Positions 45,154 through 55,597 of a DNA stretch of 61,998 nucleotides are shown here, piece by piece. The stretch is from positions 1 to 61,998 of IMG/VR virus record IMGVR_UViG_3300030372_001090; one strand, 5' to 3'. The position numbers were made by a program, and so were the translations under genes. Numbering within the stretch: position 1 is the stretch's first letter; each line of letters starts with the position of its first letter. Origin of the DNA: a virus (Duplodnaviria; Caudoviricetes). The notes below the pieces were generated by a model, which worked only from the letters and a program-made list of their open reading frames with translations, was not told where the DNA came from and searched no databases.

Positions 45154-45296
45154 TGAAAAAGTATTTAATCAAATACACCTTAAGAGATGGAAGCAAAGAA
45201 TCTGTTGAATTAGAAACTCGTGATTTGTTTTTTTCTTTGTCTCAGTTTGAAAGAAACAGAGATATATTAAGCTGGGATCTTATTAAGTTAATTTAA
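45153..45296 (+). CDS. Small hypothetical protein (47 aa, MKKYLIKYTLRDGSKESVELET...)
   Basis: Not in the ORF track; TAATG coupling; last plus-strand gene. Confidence 0.6.
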   Translation: MKKYLIKYTLRDGSKESVELETRDLFFSLSQFERNRDILSWDLIKLI

Positions 45297-45533
45297 AAAA
45301 ACTATTTCAGATAATTGTTTTAGGTCTAAGAGTTCCTGACACTTTTCGTATTCTTCGGTATAAATATAATAATCAATTAATGTGTCATAGACTGGATCAT
45401 TACCATTTAGTATTGGTTGATCTGGATTATATATAAAGTACACCTCATCTTCATTAAAAAAATCTTCTAATCTTTTTCTACCTGTCAAAAGAAGATACGA
45501 GTTATTCATACATTTATCCTCATCAAACATCAT
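45288..45533 (-). CDS. Hypothetical protein with a UVR-like EEYEKCQEL motif
   Basis: 81 aa; ATGA overlap with the giant gene. Confidence 0.65.
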   Translation of the reverse strand: MMFDEDKCMNNSYLLLTGRKRLEDFFNEDEVYFIYNPDQPILNGNDPVYDTLIDYYIYTEEYEKCQELLDLKQLSEIVFLN

Positions 45534-48500
45534 CTTCTAGGTCTTTTCGGTCTACGAGGTGGTTTTTTATTAGGGTTTGCGTCTCTCCATGTTCTAGGGC
45601 TTCTCTTGTAATCAATAAAATTTTTATATGCCCTTTCATATCTTTCTAATTTCTTTTGATACATTACATCTTTATACTTTCTTGGGTTTTCTATCTTGAG
45701 TTTCTCAAGCTCCTCTCTAGATAAACCGCTTTTCTTTTCGTTTCTTAAGCCTTTATATATATCAGCCAACAAGACTTTTCTTACATCTCTATACAAAGGA
45801 ACAAAACCTGTATTACCTAAAATTTCTATTGGAATCCTTTGTTCTCTTTCTCTTACTTGTCTTTCTCTTGCTTCACTTGTTTTTCTATCTGGCTCTGTTA
45901 ATTTTCTAGTAGCAAATGCTAAAGTTTTTACTGGTGGAGAATATGGCCCTAAAAAGTTAGGAGCAATTTTACCTGCATCTAAACCTCTGCCAGACTTATA
46001 ATCTTGTCCTGTTTTTACTAAAGGTATGATGTTATATTGAATTGCATCTCTATATTGATCGTACTCACCATCACGCAAAGCATCACCAAACTCTGCGTTT
46101 AACAGCTCTATATTGTAATTTTGTATTGTTTTAAAAGCGTTACCAAAATTTCTACCTAAAAGAAGAGATGTAAAAGTAGTTGCTAAAGCCTGCCCAACTT
46201 GTTGTTCCATATCTTTTTCTTCATCATCTTCATTTTTAACATCTAATAACTCTAACATTAATTCTCCAGCTACTTTAATTCCTAACGAATACGCAGTCAT
46301 TCTGGTGGTAACAGCAGCCAGTAATTTTGCACCTTCAGCTCTTGTAAACTTACTATCGCCATAACCAAAAGAATTTTGAGCTAAAGCTTGTAGACCAATA
46401 ACTGATGTATCAAATTCTTGTTTTAAGAAAGTTGTCATAAAGTTATTAAAGTTTACCCAAACTTGAGCTAAACCTTTGGCATCTTTACCTTGTAGTCTAG
46501 ACATAAAAGGATTGTCAGAAGATCCAATAAGAGTTACAAATTCATCAGCTTCTTTTACAGCTTCTTGTAACGCTTCTTTATTTTCATTCATATAATTTTC
46601 ATCATTCTCTGATATTTTCTTATAGTCTATATCATTCCCTGTTATCTTTTTAAAGGTCTCTGACAGTTTTCCTAAATACATTGGCTTCATTACGATTTTA
46701 TCAGGACTACTAATTAAAGTATCTGCTATCAATGCTACAGCGTTCTTGAACTTTTTACCAGAAGCATCCCAAAGGCCAACAATTTTTTCTTTAGATGTGC
46801 TAACAAACCTTTCGCTTTTGTATGATTTTTTGTTAAGTATATCTACGTCAACTTTTGATGACATCAAATTTTCTCCAAGCAATCTTGTCAATACTTTACT
46901 TTTTAAATTTTGCAATACATCGGACAGTTCTTCAGTAGATAGTTTGTTCTTTTTAGAAATGCCTGAGTAGAAGACCTGTGGGTGTAATGCAGCAAATGCC
47001 ATGTTTGATAAATATTCCACACCAGCTCTTGGAACACTAGCTAACATGGTTCTATAACCTAGCCTTTGTAACGCTGCTGATACCATTTGCATATAATTAT
47101 TTTCTACAAAGTCGGCTGCTAAAGTATTTTGTATTGACTGATTAATTCCTTTTTCTAATGAATTTAAAAACGCCTGCACTTCTTTTGGTGGGCTACCGTT
47201 GTAGTCTTCAATAATTTTATCTCTCATGGTTTTAAAAGTTTCTTTTGCTTTTCTCACAGGAGTTGTCATATAGTAATCTAAGTTTGTAAATTTAGATCCT
47301 CTTTCGGAAGAGTTTAAAGCACTTGTATATATTGGATTTACTTGACCAGTTCTTTCAATACCTGACTTATCTTTAGTTGAAGGTCTTCTGTAATTATCAG
47401 TTGACTGGATAAAATTATCAATAACATCTTTATTTATATCAACACGCTCTCTACTTTTAGGTCTAACAGAAATATGAACATAGTTTTGTCTAGGAACAAA
47501 AGCTGCGTCTCTATTGTTAGCAGCATAAACTGCGTTAGCCGCATTATCATTATCTATTTTTTCAAGTATTTTTATTGCTTCTTTTTCATTTTTACTAAAC
47601 TTATTATATACATCGTCTATATTAAAATTATCTACATTATAATCTTCTCTGATCTTTTTTAATACTTCAAGCTCTCTAGCGTCTTGCTTGTCAAACAATC
47701 TGTTCGCCTCTAAATATTTGATAGTAGCGTCTAGCCAATCAATAGCTGCTGTCACTTCTTTGTTGTTTGGATTAGATTCAAATTCTTTTTGAATTCTGTA
47801 AAACATAATCCTAGCATCAGCTTCAGCCACTTTATTAAGAGCAACTACTGTTAACTTAGAATAAGTTTTCTCTATTAATCTACGAGCTCTATCTCTAAGT
47901 TTTCTTTCTTTTTTATTTTTGACCTCCATTTGTTGCTGACCTTCCGCCATGTCATTAAAGAAAGCCTCAAACATTTTTTTAGTATTGAAGTCACCAAACA
48001 ATCTATCTATATTGTATAGCTGCCCCCTTTCTATAGCGTTATATATTTTAGACTGTTTATTAAATGGATTAAATGTTTTTAATTTAGAATATATGCCCTC
48101 TATAGTAGGAAGTTTTAACTTACCAGCCTTAATATCAGTAATAATTGGTGCTGAATCTCTTACTGCTTTCATTTTAATAATAAGCCTAGACATTATACCA
48201 GGTGCGTAGCCTTTGTTTAAAGTATTAACTAATCGTGCTAAGTTTTTAAGATCGGTATTTTTCATGCCTTCCAATATTTTTGGGTCTTTAAGTAACTTAA
48301 CAAGCTCTCTTATATCTTCTCTAGTTTTTCTAAAAGGAAATGAAACATCAGAATCTTTCTCAAATCTATTTCTATCAACAGTTAGTTTCTTAATTTGATC
48401 TATTAGGCTTTCTTTCTCTGCTTGTATTTCTTCAGGAGTTTTAGGTTTTGACTCTTCTTTAGGATTGATTTCATTTTTATATGCTTGCATTAAATCGGCA

Positions 48501-51500
48501 TCCTCCTGTGAAATAATATTTTTTTTCACTAAATCATTTAAAGTTTTTTGTAAATCTATTTTACCATTTTTAAACAATATTTTCTTTGCACTATCAAAAA
48601 TACTTTTAAGTTCTTGTACTCTAGACTCCTGCTCATTCATGGCTTCCATGATGTTACGAGATTTTTCTGCATATACACCCGCCTCTTCAGCATTATCCAA
48701 CATTATATTTCTTTCACCTAATCCATTAATTATATCTTTATAGTCTTGATATACTTTTGCTGGAATAATAGAAGGGTCTATAGTTACGACCTCTCTTAAT
48801 AATGTTTCAAGACTTATATCTTTACCACTTAAAGCATCAGCTAATATTCTACCTATACTTCTTTTAAGACTCTTAGAGGCTCTAGCTGCTTTTTTTCTTA
48901 ATGTATTTTGCTCAGCTTCTCTATCTGCCTTTTCAAATATTTTCTTTATTTCGTCTACAGTTTTCTTTTTAGAAGCATCATCAGTAAAAGCCTTTTCGTC
49001 AGTAACCTTTTCCAGTATTTGATCCACTTGTTTTGTGGTTATTTTACCTCCTGCTTTCAAAGTCTTTAAATATCTTCTTATAGATCTTAATCCTTTTTTA
49101 TAGCCTTGATTTAAATTGTTTAATATATTATTTTCTATTTCATTTATAAGCTCTACATTTTCTGCGGTTTCTCCTTTTTGTTCCGCCTCTTCTTGTGCTA
49201 CCTGATCTTCTACATTCTCTTCAGGCATATTTAAGAACTTATTAATATTCTTTTTAGTTGGTTTTAATCCTGTAACTTTTTCAAACTCAGCTTTAAAATT
49301 ATTAAGATCAATATTGTCCAAACCAAAATACGCATCTATATCTTTTTGAGTTCTATAAGGAGATAGGAAGTCTACAATATCATCAGCACTTAATTGTTGC
49401 CCATTTATTTCTAAACCATCTTCTATGTTTTGTGCATTTGGGTCGTTCTTTTTAGCAATATATCTAGCACCAATAAATTCAGATGGGTTTCCACCAAAAT
49501 ATCTTTGTAAACTTTCATAAGAAAATTTTTCATTAAACAAAGATTCTTTACCATCGCCTCCCATAATATTGTCTCTATCTCCTCTACGGCTTTTTTGCTT
49601 TTGTTCTTCAACAAAAATATCATTGGCTATTTGACGAACTGTTCTACCATCTGTTCCTTCAATAGGAGCATCAGGATTTATCTCCTCCTGGCTCTCCTCA
49701 ACGACCTCCGTTGTTTGCTCGCCTTCTGGCGTGGTTTCTTCGGTGCTCTCTTCGGTAAGTTCTGTGACGTTGTCTCCAATTCCCACCTCTGGGCTATCTT
49801 CGGTAGATTCTTGTGCATCCACCTTCTCTGTGCTTGACTCTTGAACGGCATCTGTTTTATCTGTTTTAGTTTCTACTGCTGGTGTAACTTCAGTTATACC
49901 ACTTAACTCAGCTATCTCATTTTTAATTTGTTTTAGTCTTTCTTTACCCGCTTCCGTATTATTTCCTTCGTACTTATTTTTTTCTATTTCTAAATCTATA
50001 ATTTTTTCTATCTGCTCTTCATTTGTAATACCAGCTTCTTCTAGCTTTTGACGAATATTATCACCAGTAATAATACGCATTTTCCTATCATCGTATCTTT
50101 GTTTTAACTCAGGATTGTTTTCTATCTTATAGTCTAGACCCATAAAAGTTACATCGTCTGTATTATCAATAGCCTCAATCACATCTTTTTCTGTTACCAC
50201 TTCTGTTTCACCAAACTGATCTTTTAATGTATACTTGGCAGGAAATAAAATTTTTCTGCCCTGTTTAATTATTGCATCTTTAACAGGGTTTGTGACTGGT
50301 GATGATACTGTATTTAAAACGTAACTTACAGGTGCCTTACCAACACCACCTATAGTTTCAAAACCTATTTCTCTTACATCTTGATCTTGCCCTGCTAAAG
50401 CTCTAGCTGTAGATTCACCTACACCTCCCCCAATAGCTTCAGTAGTCAAAAAGGTAGCCGCTTTTTTAGGGTCTACTCCAAGGACTTTTTTGGTTGAACT
50501 AACTCTTTTTGCTAGCTTACCCCCTATTCCTAAAAATATTCTATCTATTATTGCTATAGAACCACCTCTAGCAATAGATTTATTTCTTGCTCTTTTGTAT
50601 GCGTCTTCATCTTCCAGTATTGCTCTTATACCTGCTTCGTCAAAACTCAGGTCTTCTCTTTTATCTATTTCTTCTCTAATAAATTCAGCAAAAGATAGTC
50701 CAGTTTCTAATGCACCACCTGCCGCAGCAAAAGCTAACTTTAATGTACCTGGGTTAAAAGCTCCTACAAGAGCTCCTGGTGCTGCTCCTACACCTCCAAA
50801 TCCTGCACCAGCAGTTGCACCTGCCGCAGCTCCACCACCAATAACTGTTCCTGCTGCCATTGCTGAAGATGGGTTTATCATTTGAGTAATAGTCTGTGCA
50901 CCTATTTGCAAAATAGCCGAAGGGTTTTTTCCTATACCTTCTAAAAATCCTAAAAACTTGTTGTCGGCAGCATCATAAATTTTATTAAAGTTTAGCATTT
51001 CATCAGTCTGTTTTGCACTCATTAACTGATCTTGAGTTTCTAGAAAAGCCATAATTTCTTCGTCTGTTGCAGACTGTCCCTTTAAAAATAATCTATTTGC
51101 TTCATCGGCAGTATTCCCCTGGGCAAATCCTGATTTCATAGACCTGTATATATCACTAATAAAATCAGTTACTGAGTTTTTACCAACAACATCTTCTAAT
51201 ATTGTATTGTCTTCTTGAGTTCCTTCAATAAAAAAATCACCACTACCAAAAGTTTCAGTAGTTTGGTCTCTAGGTTGTGGGGTTGTAATTTGTGTAGTAG
51301 TTTGATCTATTTGTTCTTCTCCAGATGGTGTATCAAAATCTACCTCTGCTTGATCTACAGTTTCTTCATCTTGAAAAGGCTGCCCTGTTGTAGGGTCTAT
51401 AGGGGCTGTTGGGCTACTTGGCTCGTCTGAAGATGCCAATGAAATAGGTTCCTGACTTTGTGGTGTAGGAGATTCCATAGGCTCCTGAGCCCCAAAAGGA

Positions 51501-51703
51501 TCGGTAGGTTCTTTTTTTTTTAAGCCATACGCCTGCTCAAAAACTTCAAGACTTTCAACATCATAGTTTGGTTCTATTATTTGCTCATAGAATTTTTTAC
51601 GCTTCACATCATCCATTAAATAAGCAGTAAATTCTTCTATGCTTCCTAATTCGTACTCGGCAGCTAGAGCATCATATAATTTCTTTATAGCCTCTTTGTT
51701 CAT
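45530..51703 (-). CDS. Giant internal virion/ejection protein
   Basis: 2057 aa, helical, Gly/Ala-rich hydrophobic block near the N-terminus; third of three consecutive ejection-type genes. Confidence 0.7.
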   Translation of the reverse strand: MNKEAIKKLYDALAAEYELGSIEEFTAYLMDDVKRKKFYEQIIEPNYDVESLEVFEQAYGLKKKEPTDPFGAQEPMESPTPQSQEPISLASSDEPSSPTAPIDPTTGQPFQDEETVDQAEVDFDTPSGEEQIDQTTTQITTPQPRDQTTETFGSGDFFIEGTQEDNTILEDVVGKNSVTDFISDIYRSMKSGFAQGNTADEANRLFLKGQSATDEEIMAFLETQDQLMSAKQTDEMLNFNKIYDAADNKFLGFLEGIGKNPSAILQIGAQTITQMINPSSAMAAGTVIGGGAAAGATAGAGFGGVGAAPGALVGAFNPGTLKLAFAAAGGALETGLSFAEFIREEIDKREDLSFDEAGIRAILEDEDAYKRARNKSIARGGSIAIIDRIFLGIGGKLAKRVSSTKKVLGVDPKKAATFLTTEAIGGGVGESTARALAGQDQDVREIGFETIGGVGKAPVSYVLNTVSSPVTNPVKDAIIKQGRKILFPAKYTLKDQFGETEVVTEKDVIEAIDNTDDVTFMGLDYKIENNPELKQRYDDRKMRIITGDNIRQKLEEAGITNEEQIEKIIDLEIEKNKYEGNNTEAGKERLKQIKNEIAELSGITEVTPAVETKTDKTDAVQESSTEKVDAQESTEDSPEVGIGDNVTELTEESTEETTPEGEQTTEVVEESQEEINPDAPIEGTDGRTVRQIANDIFVEEQKQKSRRGDRDNIMGGDGKESLFNEKFSYESLQRYFGGNPSEFIGARYIAKKNDPNAQNIEDGLEINGQQLSADDIVDFLSPYRTQKDIDAYFGLDNIDLNNFKAEFEKVTGLKPTKKNINKFLNMPEENVEDQVAQEEAEQKGETAENVELINEIENNILNNLNQGYKKGLRSIRRYLKTLKAGGKITTKQVDQILEKVTDEKAFTDDASKKKTVDEIKKIFEKADREAEQNTLRKKAARASKSLKRSIGRILADALSGKDISLETLLREVVTIDPSIIPAKVYQDYKDIINGLGERNIMLDNAEEAGVYAEKSRNIMEAMNEQESRVQELKSIFDSAKKILFKNGKIDLQKTLNDLVKKNIISQEDADLMQAYKNEINPKEESKPKTPEEIQAEKESLIDQIKKLTVDRNRFEKDSDVSFPFRKTREDIRELVKLLKDPKILEGMKNTDLKNLARLVNTLNKGYAPGIMSRLIIKMKAVRDSAPIITDIKAGKLKLPTIEGIYSKLKTFNPFNKQSKIYNAIERGQLYNIDRLFGDFNTKKMFEAFFNDMAEGQQQMEVKNKKERKLRDRARRLIEKTYSKLTVVALNKVAEADARIMFYRIQKEFESNPNNKEVTAAIDWLDATIKYLEANRLFDKQDARELEVLKKIREDYNVDNFNIDDVYNKFSKNEKEAIKILEKIDNDNAANAVYAANNRDAAFVPRQNYVHISVRPKSRERVDINKDVIDNFIQSTDNYRRPSTKDKSGIERTGQVNPIYTSALNSSERGSKFTNLDYYMTTPVRKAKETFKTMRDKIIEDYNGSPPKEVQAFLNSLEKGINQSIQNTLAADFVENNYMQMVSAALQRLGYRTMLASVPRAGVEYLSNMAFAALHPQVFYSGISKKNKLSTEELSDVLQNLKSKVLTRLLGENLMSSKVDVDILNKKSYKSERFVSTSKEKIVGLWDASGKKFKNAVALIADTLISSPDKIVMKPMYLGKLSETFKKITGNDIDYKKISENDENYMNENKEALQEAVKEADEFVTLIGSSDNPFMSRLQGKDAKGLAQVWVNFNNFMTTFLKQEFDTSVIGLQALAQNSFGYGDSKFTRAEGAKLLAAVTTRMTAYSLGIKVAGELMLELLDVKNEDDEEKDMEQQVGQALATTFTSLLLGRNFGNAFKTIQNYNIELLNAEFGDALRDGEYDQYRDAIQYNIIPLVKTGQDYKSGRGLDAGKIAPNFLGPYSPPVKTLAFATRKLTEPDRKTSEARERQVREREQRIPIEILGNTGFVPLYRDVRKVLLADIYKGLRNEKKSGLSREELEKLKIENPRKYKDVMYQKKLERYERAYKNFIDYKRSPRTWRDANPNKKPPRRPKRPRR

Positions 51704-51707
51704 TTAA

Positions 51708-53489
51708 TTAAATAGGTAATTTTTTCTTTTTGCTTTTGAATTTTCTCTCTTGTTCTTTTATTAAGGTATCTACTGCTGGCTCTAATAAGTATCTTTGCAT
51801 ATAGTCTAATATTTCTTGATTCTTATCAAAATCATCAGCACTAATTCCCATTGAGGTATCAAAGAACCAGTCATTAAATGATGTATCAAGATTTTCCATA
51901 CCTGTTCTAACCGCATCTATTTCTCCATCACCATTAGAGTCAACAGCATATTGTCCGTTTTTCATTGGTGGCCCTGTGTATCCACCTGCTTTTAACTCTG
52001 CATTTAACATTCCAAGATCATCAGTTGAATATTTCAACTGTGATTGTAAAGGAGGGTATTGTATTTTTTTGTCTCCAAGCTCCATTGTAAATCTATCTGC
52101 TCCCTCATCTTCATAATAAAAATCGTATGGCTTAAACTTCTTACCATACTCTCCTCTTTGTAAATCTTCTATAATTTTTGGATCTATTGCTGCTAATGCA
52201 ACTTTATTAAACACCTTCTTTAACTCTTTATCAGAATCTATACCAAAGAGCTGCTGAATATCTGTACCTAATTCAGCATTTAAGTATGCCTTTGCATTTT
52301 TATTATCTAACTTACCTTCTTGAACCGAATATATATTTGGCCTGTACTTCATGGCTTCAAAATCTTCTTCTATTAATTCATTTTCATTTTCCTCTAATTT
52401 TTTTAATCTTTCCCTTTCTAACGCTAGTCTTTGTCTTTGATATTCAGTAAGATCTTTGTCACCAGCTTTGACTGCTTCTTTATTGTCTAGCATAGCAATC
52501 ATTCTATTTTTTAATAGCTCATTAGCTTCTTCTACTTGAGACTCCCAAAAAGGAGCGTCTTTTACTGGAACAGGCATACCAAGCTCATTGTATTCAACTA
52601 AAACTAATTTAGGATCTAACGCAGCTTTTTTTGGATCAAACTCTGGCTTATACCCCTGCCCCATATCTCCTAATATACTGAACACAGTATTGTCGTCATC
52701 GGTCAAAGTACCTACTGTATTGTCTAAATACTCTTGAATTAAATCAGTCTCTAATGCTTGCTTCTGCCCTTCAATAGATAAAATATTTCCAGACTTATCT
52801 ATATCAGCTAATATCAATTCACCAAGTCTATCAACTGAGCCTTCTAATTGTTTATCTATAGCTCCATTTTTTGTTACGTTGTTGATACGAGTATTAAACC
52901 TATTTTGTATAACATTCATACTTACATGCCTAGAAGGATCCATTGATATTGATCCATCTTCATTTGGTCTTACTAAAGATAACCTTCCAGAATCTGGATT
53001 TACATAGCCTTTTACATTTTTCAAATTTCCAAACTCTGCGTTTTGTTCATTAAACCAAATCTCAAATGATGATGCGTCTTTGTTTTCTGCACGCTTTACC
53101 ATTTCAGTATAATCAGACTCCCACCTTTTAGAAACATTACCAAACTGTTTCCAATCTCCTAACACTCTTTGTTTTGCTTGTGCAAATTCTGTTTGTGTAA
53201 TTAAGCCTCTTTTAAATAAATCGTTTTGTGTTCTTAAAAAATTAGCAGAGTTTCCAGACATATCAAGAGCTAAATTTTGTAGAGACTGATTTGTGTAGTC
53301 CTCCATTTCATTCAGCTTACTTTCTACTTCCGAAGTATTAGCATCTATTTCTGCTCTTTTAGCTTCTCTTTCTTTTCTTATTCTAAGTAAGTCGGTTGTT
53401 AAATTACTTGCAACGCTACCCCAGTTTACAGTAGTTTTGTCAAGATCTCTTTTGACGTAAGTATTGAAATTTATATTTTTTTTCGCCAT
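51708..53489 (-). CDS. Putative internal virion/ejection protein
   Basis: 593 aa, helical; inferred from synteny. Confidence 0.6.
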   Translation of the reverse strand: MAKKNINFNTYVKRDLDKTTVNWGSVASNLTTDLLRIRKEREAKRAEIDANTSEVESKLNEMEDYTNQSLQNLALDMSGNSANFLRTQNDLFKRGLITQTEFAQAKQRVLGDWKQFGNVSKRWESDYTEMVKRAENKDASSFEIWFNEQNAEFGNLKNVKGYVNPDSGRLSLVRPNEDGSISMDPSRHVSMNVIQNRFNTRINNVTKNGAIDKQLEGSVDRLGELILADIDKSGNILSIEGQKQALETDLIQEYLDNTVGTLTDDDNTVFSILGDMGQGYKPEFDPKKAALDPKLVLVEYNELGMPVPVKDAPFWESQVEEANELLKNRMIAMLDNKEAVKAGDKDLTEYQRQRLALERERLKKLEENENELIEEDFEAMKYRPNIYSVQEGKLDNKNAKAYLNAELGTDIQQLFGIDSDKELKKVFNKVALAAIDPKIIEDLQRGEYGKKFKPYDFYYEDEGADRFTMELGDKKIQYPPLQSQLKYSTDDLGMLNAELKAGGYTGPPMKNGQYAVDSNGDGEIDAVRTGMENLDTSFNDWFFDTSMGISADDFDKNQEILDYMQRYLLEPAVDTLIKEQERKFKSKKKKLPI

Positions 53490-53494
53490 TTTAA

Positions 53495-54412
53495 TTAGCT
53501 TCTATTTAGACTTAGGTTGCCTAATAATTGTGAATTTAAAGTAACTGGGCCTCTATTTTGTAATTGTTTCATCCTATCCGTAAATGAAAATCCATAGTTT
53601 ATTTTTGGCTCAAAGTTAAATTTATTTTCTTGATTTAATGCAAAAGCTGATTGGCCTCTTTGAAAACCAAAGTTCGGAGTAAAATTTAACAAATTTTCAT
53701 TTACCATTGGTTCTTGAGTTGTGGCAGCTACAGTAGCAGGTTTTAAAAGACTGGCGTATTTTCCTGGATCTTTTAAATATTCAGATCTGCTTATGTTGTT
53801 TTTTGTAAATATGGCTTTATTTTTATCAAAAGTTTTAGAAAGCTCTCTATCTGCTTTAGATACAGGGTTCAAAGCCTGAGCTTCAGCAGCAGCACTTATA
53901 CCTCCTATTATTGATTGAGCCGCTCCAGCTTGTAACATACCAACCTTTTCATCAGCCTGTGCGGCTCTTGCTGCTTGGTCTTGGGCAGCAGCTACATCCA
54001 TCTGAGCTAGTTGCTGATTTACAGCATCAGCTCCTTCGGCTTTTAATTTATCTAATTCAAAAGCATCTTGAGCTTGTTGAGCTCTTATCTTTTGCACATT
54101 TTCATTTGATAGTGCACCGATTCTTCCAACTCCTGCCGCCAAAGTTCTTGCATCCGCTTGCTGTAAAGCCTCCACGCTTTCTCTTTGGGCTTGTGCGTTT
54201 GCTTCATATGCTTGGTCGTATGCCTCCGTAGGCAGCTTTAGTCCTTCATAAAAATCTTTTTCTATCTTCGCTCTAGCGTCTGCTAATAATCTACCTGCTG
54301 CTCTATCGGCATCTCTTTGTTGATCTCTTGCTCTTCCTGCTGCTACTAAATTAGCCGCACCCCCTACTGCTGCTCCTCCTAATGCTATGATTGTTGCTGT
54401 TGTTAATGCCAT
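53495..54412 (-). CDS. Putative ejection/pilot protein
   Basis: N-terminal Gly/Ala hydrophobic segment followed by an Ala/Gln coiled coil, as in T7 gp14/P22 gp7-type proteins. Confidence 0.65.
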   Translation of the reverse strand: MALTTATIIALGGAAVGGAANLVAAGRARDQQRDADRAAGRLLADARAKIEKDFYEGLKLPTEAYDQAYEANAQAQRESVEALQQADARTLAAGVGRIGALSNENVQKIRAQQAQDAFELDKLKAEGADAVNQQLAQMDVAAAQDQAARAAQADEKVGMLQAGAAQSIIGGISAAAEAQALNPVSKADRELSKTFDKNKAIFTKNNISRSEYLKDPGKYASLLKPATVAATTQEPMVNENLLNFTPNFGFQRGQSAFALNQENKFNFEPKINYGFSFTDRMKQLQNRGPVTLNSQLLGNLSLNRS

Positions 54413-54814
54413 TTATAATATTTTTATCATTGCTTGCGTGTTACTATCTCCCTTCTGATAACCTAACTCCTGGTATATTTCAATCAAAGACTTGCTCTTC
54501 AAAAGTGAATATACATATTTTTTTTCTAATGTGCCCGCTAAACTTGTTACTGTCTGTACTAACATCAATAACGCTTCTTTTCTAATTTTTCTATCCTTAA
54601 ATTTAAAATTAGATATTATCCATTCTAATAAAACTACTTTAGAATTAGTAACGTACATATAGCCCGCACAGATAGGCTCATCATTATAATACACCATATA
54701 GCCCATATCAGGTAAAAAGTCTTGTGCGGGTGCAGTCCACTTCCAATCCTTCCACCAACCACACAAAATATTGTCATAATCGCTATCACTTAGTGGTTTG
54801 ATATTTAAAGCCAT
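54413..54814 (-). CDS. GNAT-fold protein in the tail/ejection module
   Basis: IKPLSDSDY...GYMVY...ICAGYMY...LEWIISN...IYQELGY; same position as T7 gp13/P22 gp14-type genes. Confidence 0.6.
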   Translation of the reverse strand: MALNIKPLSDSDYDNILCGWWKDWKWTAPAQDFLPDMGYMVYYNDEPICAGYMYVTNSKVVLLEWIISNFKFKDRKIRKEALLMLVQTVTSLAGTLEKKYVYSLLKSKSLIEIYQELGYQKGDSNTQAMIKIL

Positions 54815-54819
54815 CTATG

Positions 54820-54827
54820 CAAAGATA
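54820..54827 (-). promoter_or_regulatory. Bacteroidota-type -7 promoter box (TATCTTTG)
   Basis: Intergenic, only about 5 nt from ATG 54814, so the transcript may be near-leaderless. Confidence 0.55.
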
Positions 54828-54834
54828 ATAAAAT

Positions 54835-55596
54835 CTACGGATAACTTTTCATGACGCTACTACCTACAGAAAACAGCTCTACTGGTGTAGTGTCATTATT
54901 TTCAAGCGTAAATCTCATAAAATATCCACGAGCTCCATTTGATTCTGCGACAGGGTTTTTATATATAAAACCAAAGTCACCAGCAACAGGAGTGTTTGCT
55001 ACAGTAGTTACAGTAACTGTGTTTGTAGTTTGATTTACAGCAGTAATTTCACCAACTGGCCTGAAGGTTGTAGGAACTAATGCTGGCTGAAAATATAAAG
55101 TGTCTCCAATGCTAAGTATGTTTCCTAAAGTTACTCCAAAAACAACATCTATTCCGCCCCCCAGAGCAACATTGACTGCTGTTATATCGCCAATTCCGTT
55201 TGCTGATCTTAATTTAAAATTAACATTATTACTTTTATTTCTAATAAATGAAAACCACTCACCCTCTTTTTGTTTAAAAAATGTACTTAGCATATCACCA
55301 ACACTAAGATCCGTAATTAATTCTGTTACACCCCAAGCCGCATCACTTTCCAAAGACATGGTTTTGAATAGTTTTATTGTCTGTGGCTCAACATTAAAAA
55401 CTCCTGTCATTTTTGAATTGTACTGAACACCATAATAATTATTTCTTGTTTCATTGGTGTTGTGTCTATATAGTTGTCCTTGATGAAATGAATAGAAAAA
55501 GCTATTCATACCAATTAAGTAATCAGGGATAAATGAATAAAAAGATGGCCATCCTTTTACTCCGTCACTATATGATAATGTTTCTTTTATTGCCAT
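54835..55596 (-). CDS. Tail protein, probably a C-terminal portion of the nozzle/muzzle
   Basis: TLSYSDGVKGWPSFYSFIPD...GQLYRHN...KLFKTMSLES...KEGEWF. Confidence 0.6.
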   Translation of the reverse strand: MAIKETLSYSDGVKGWPSFYSFIPDYLIGMNSFFYSFHQGQLYRHNTNETRNNYYGVQYNSKMTGVFNVEPQTIKLFKTMSLESDAAWGVTELITDLSVGDMLSTFFKQKEGEWFSFIRNKSNNVNFKLRSANGIGDITAVNVALGGGIDVVFGVTLGNILSIGDTLYFQPALVPTTFRPVGEITAVNQTTNTVTVTTVANTPVAGDFGFIYKNPVAESNGARGYFMRFTLENNDTTPVELFSVGSSVMKSYP

Positions 55597-55597
55597 A

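Noticed and set aside
45530-53489. crAss-like virion RNA polymerase
   Set aside because: I saw no DxDxD/DFDID catalytic motif in RNAP context, and host-type promoters are used throughout. A structure search would be needed to exclude it fully.
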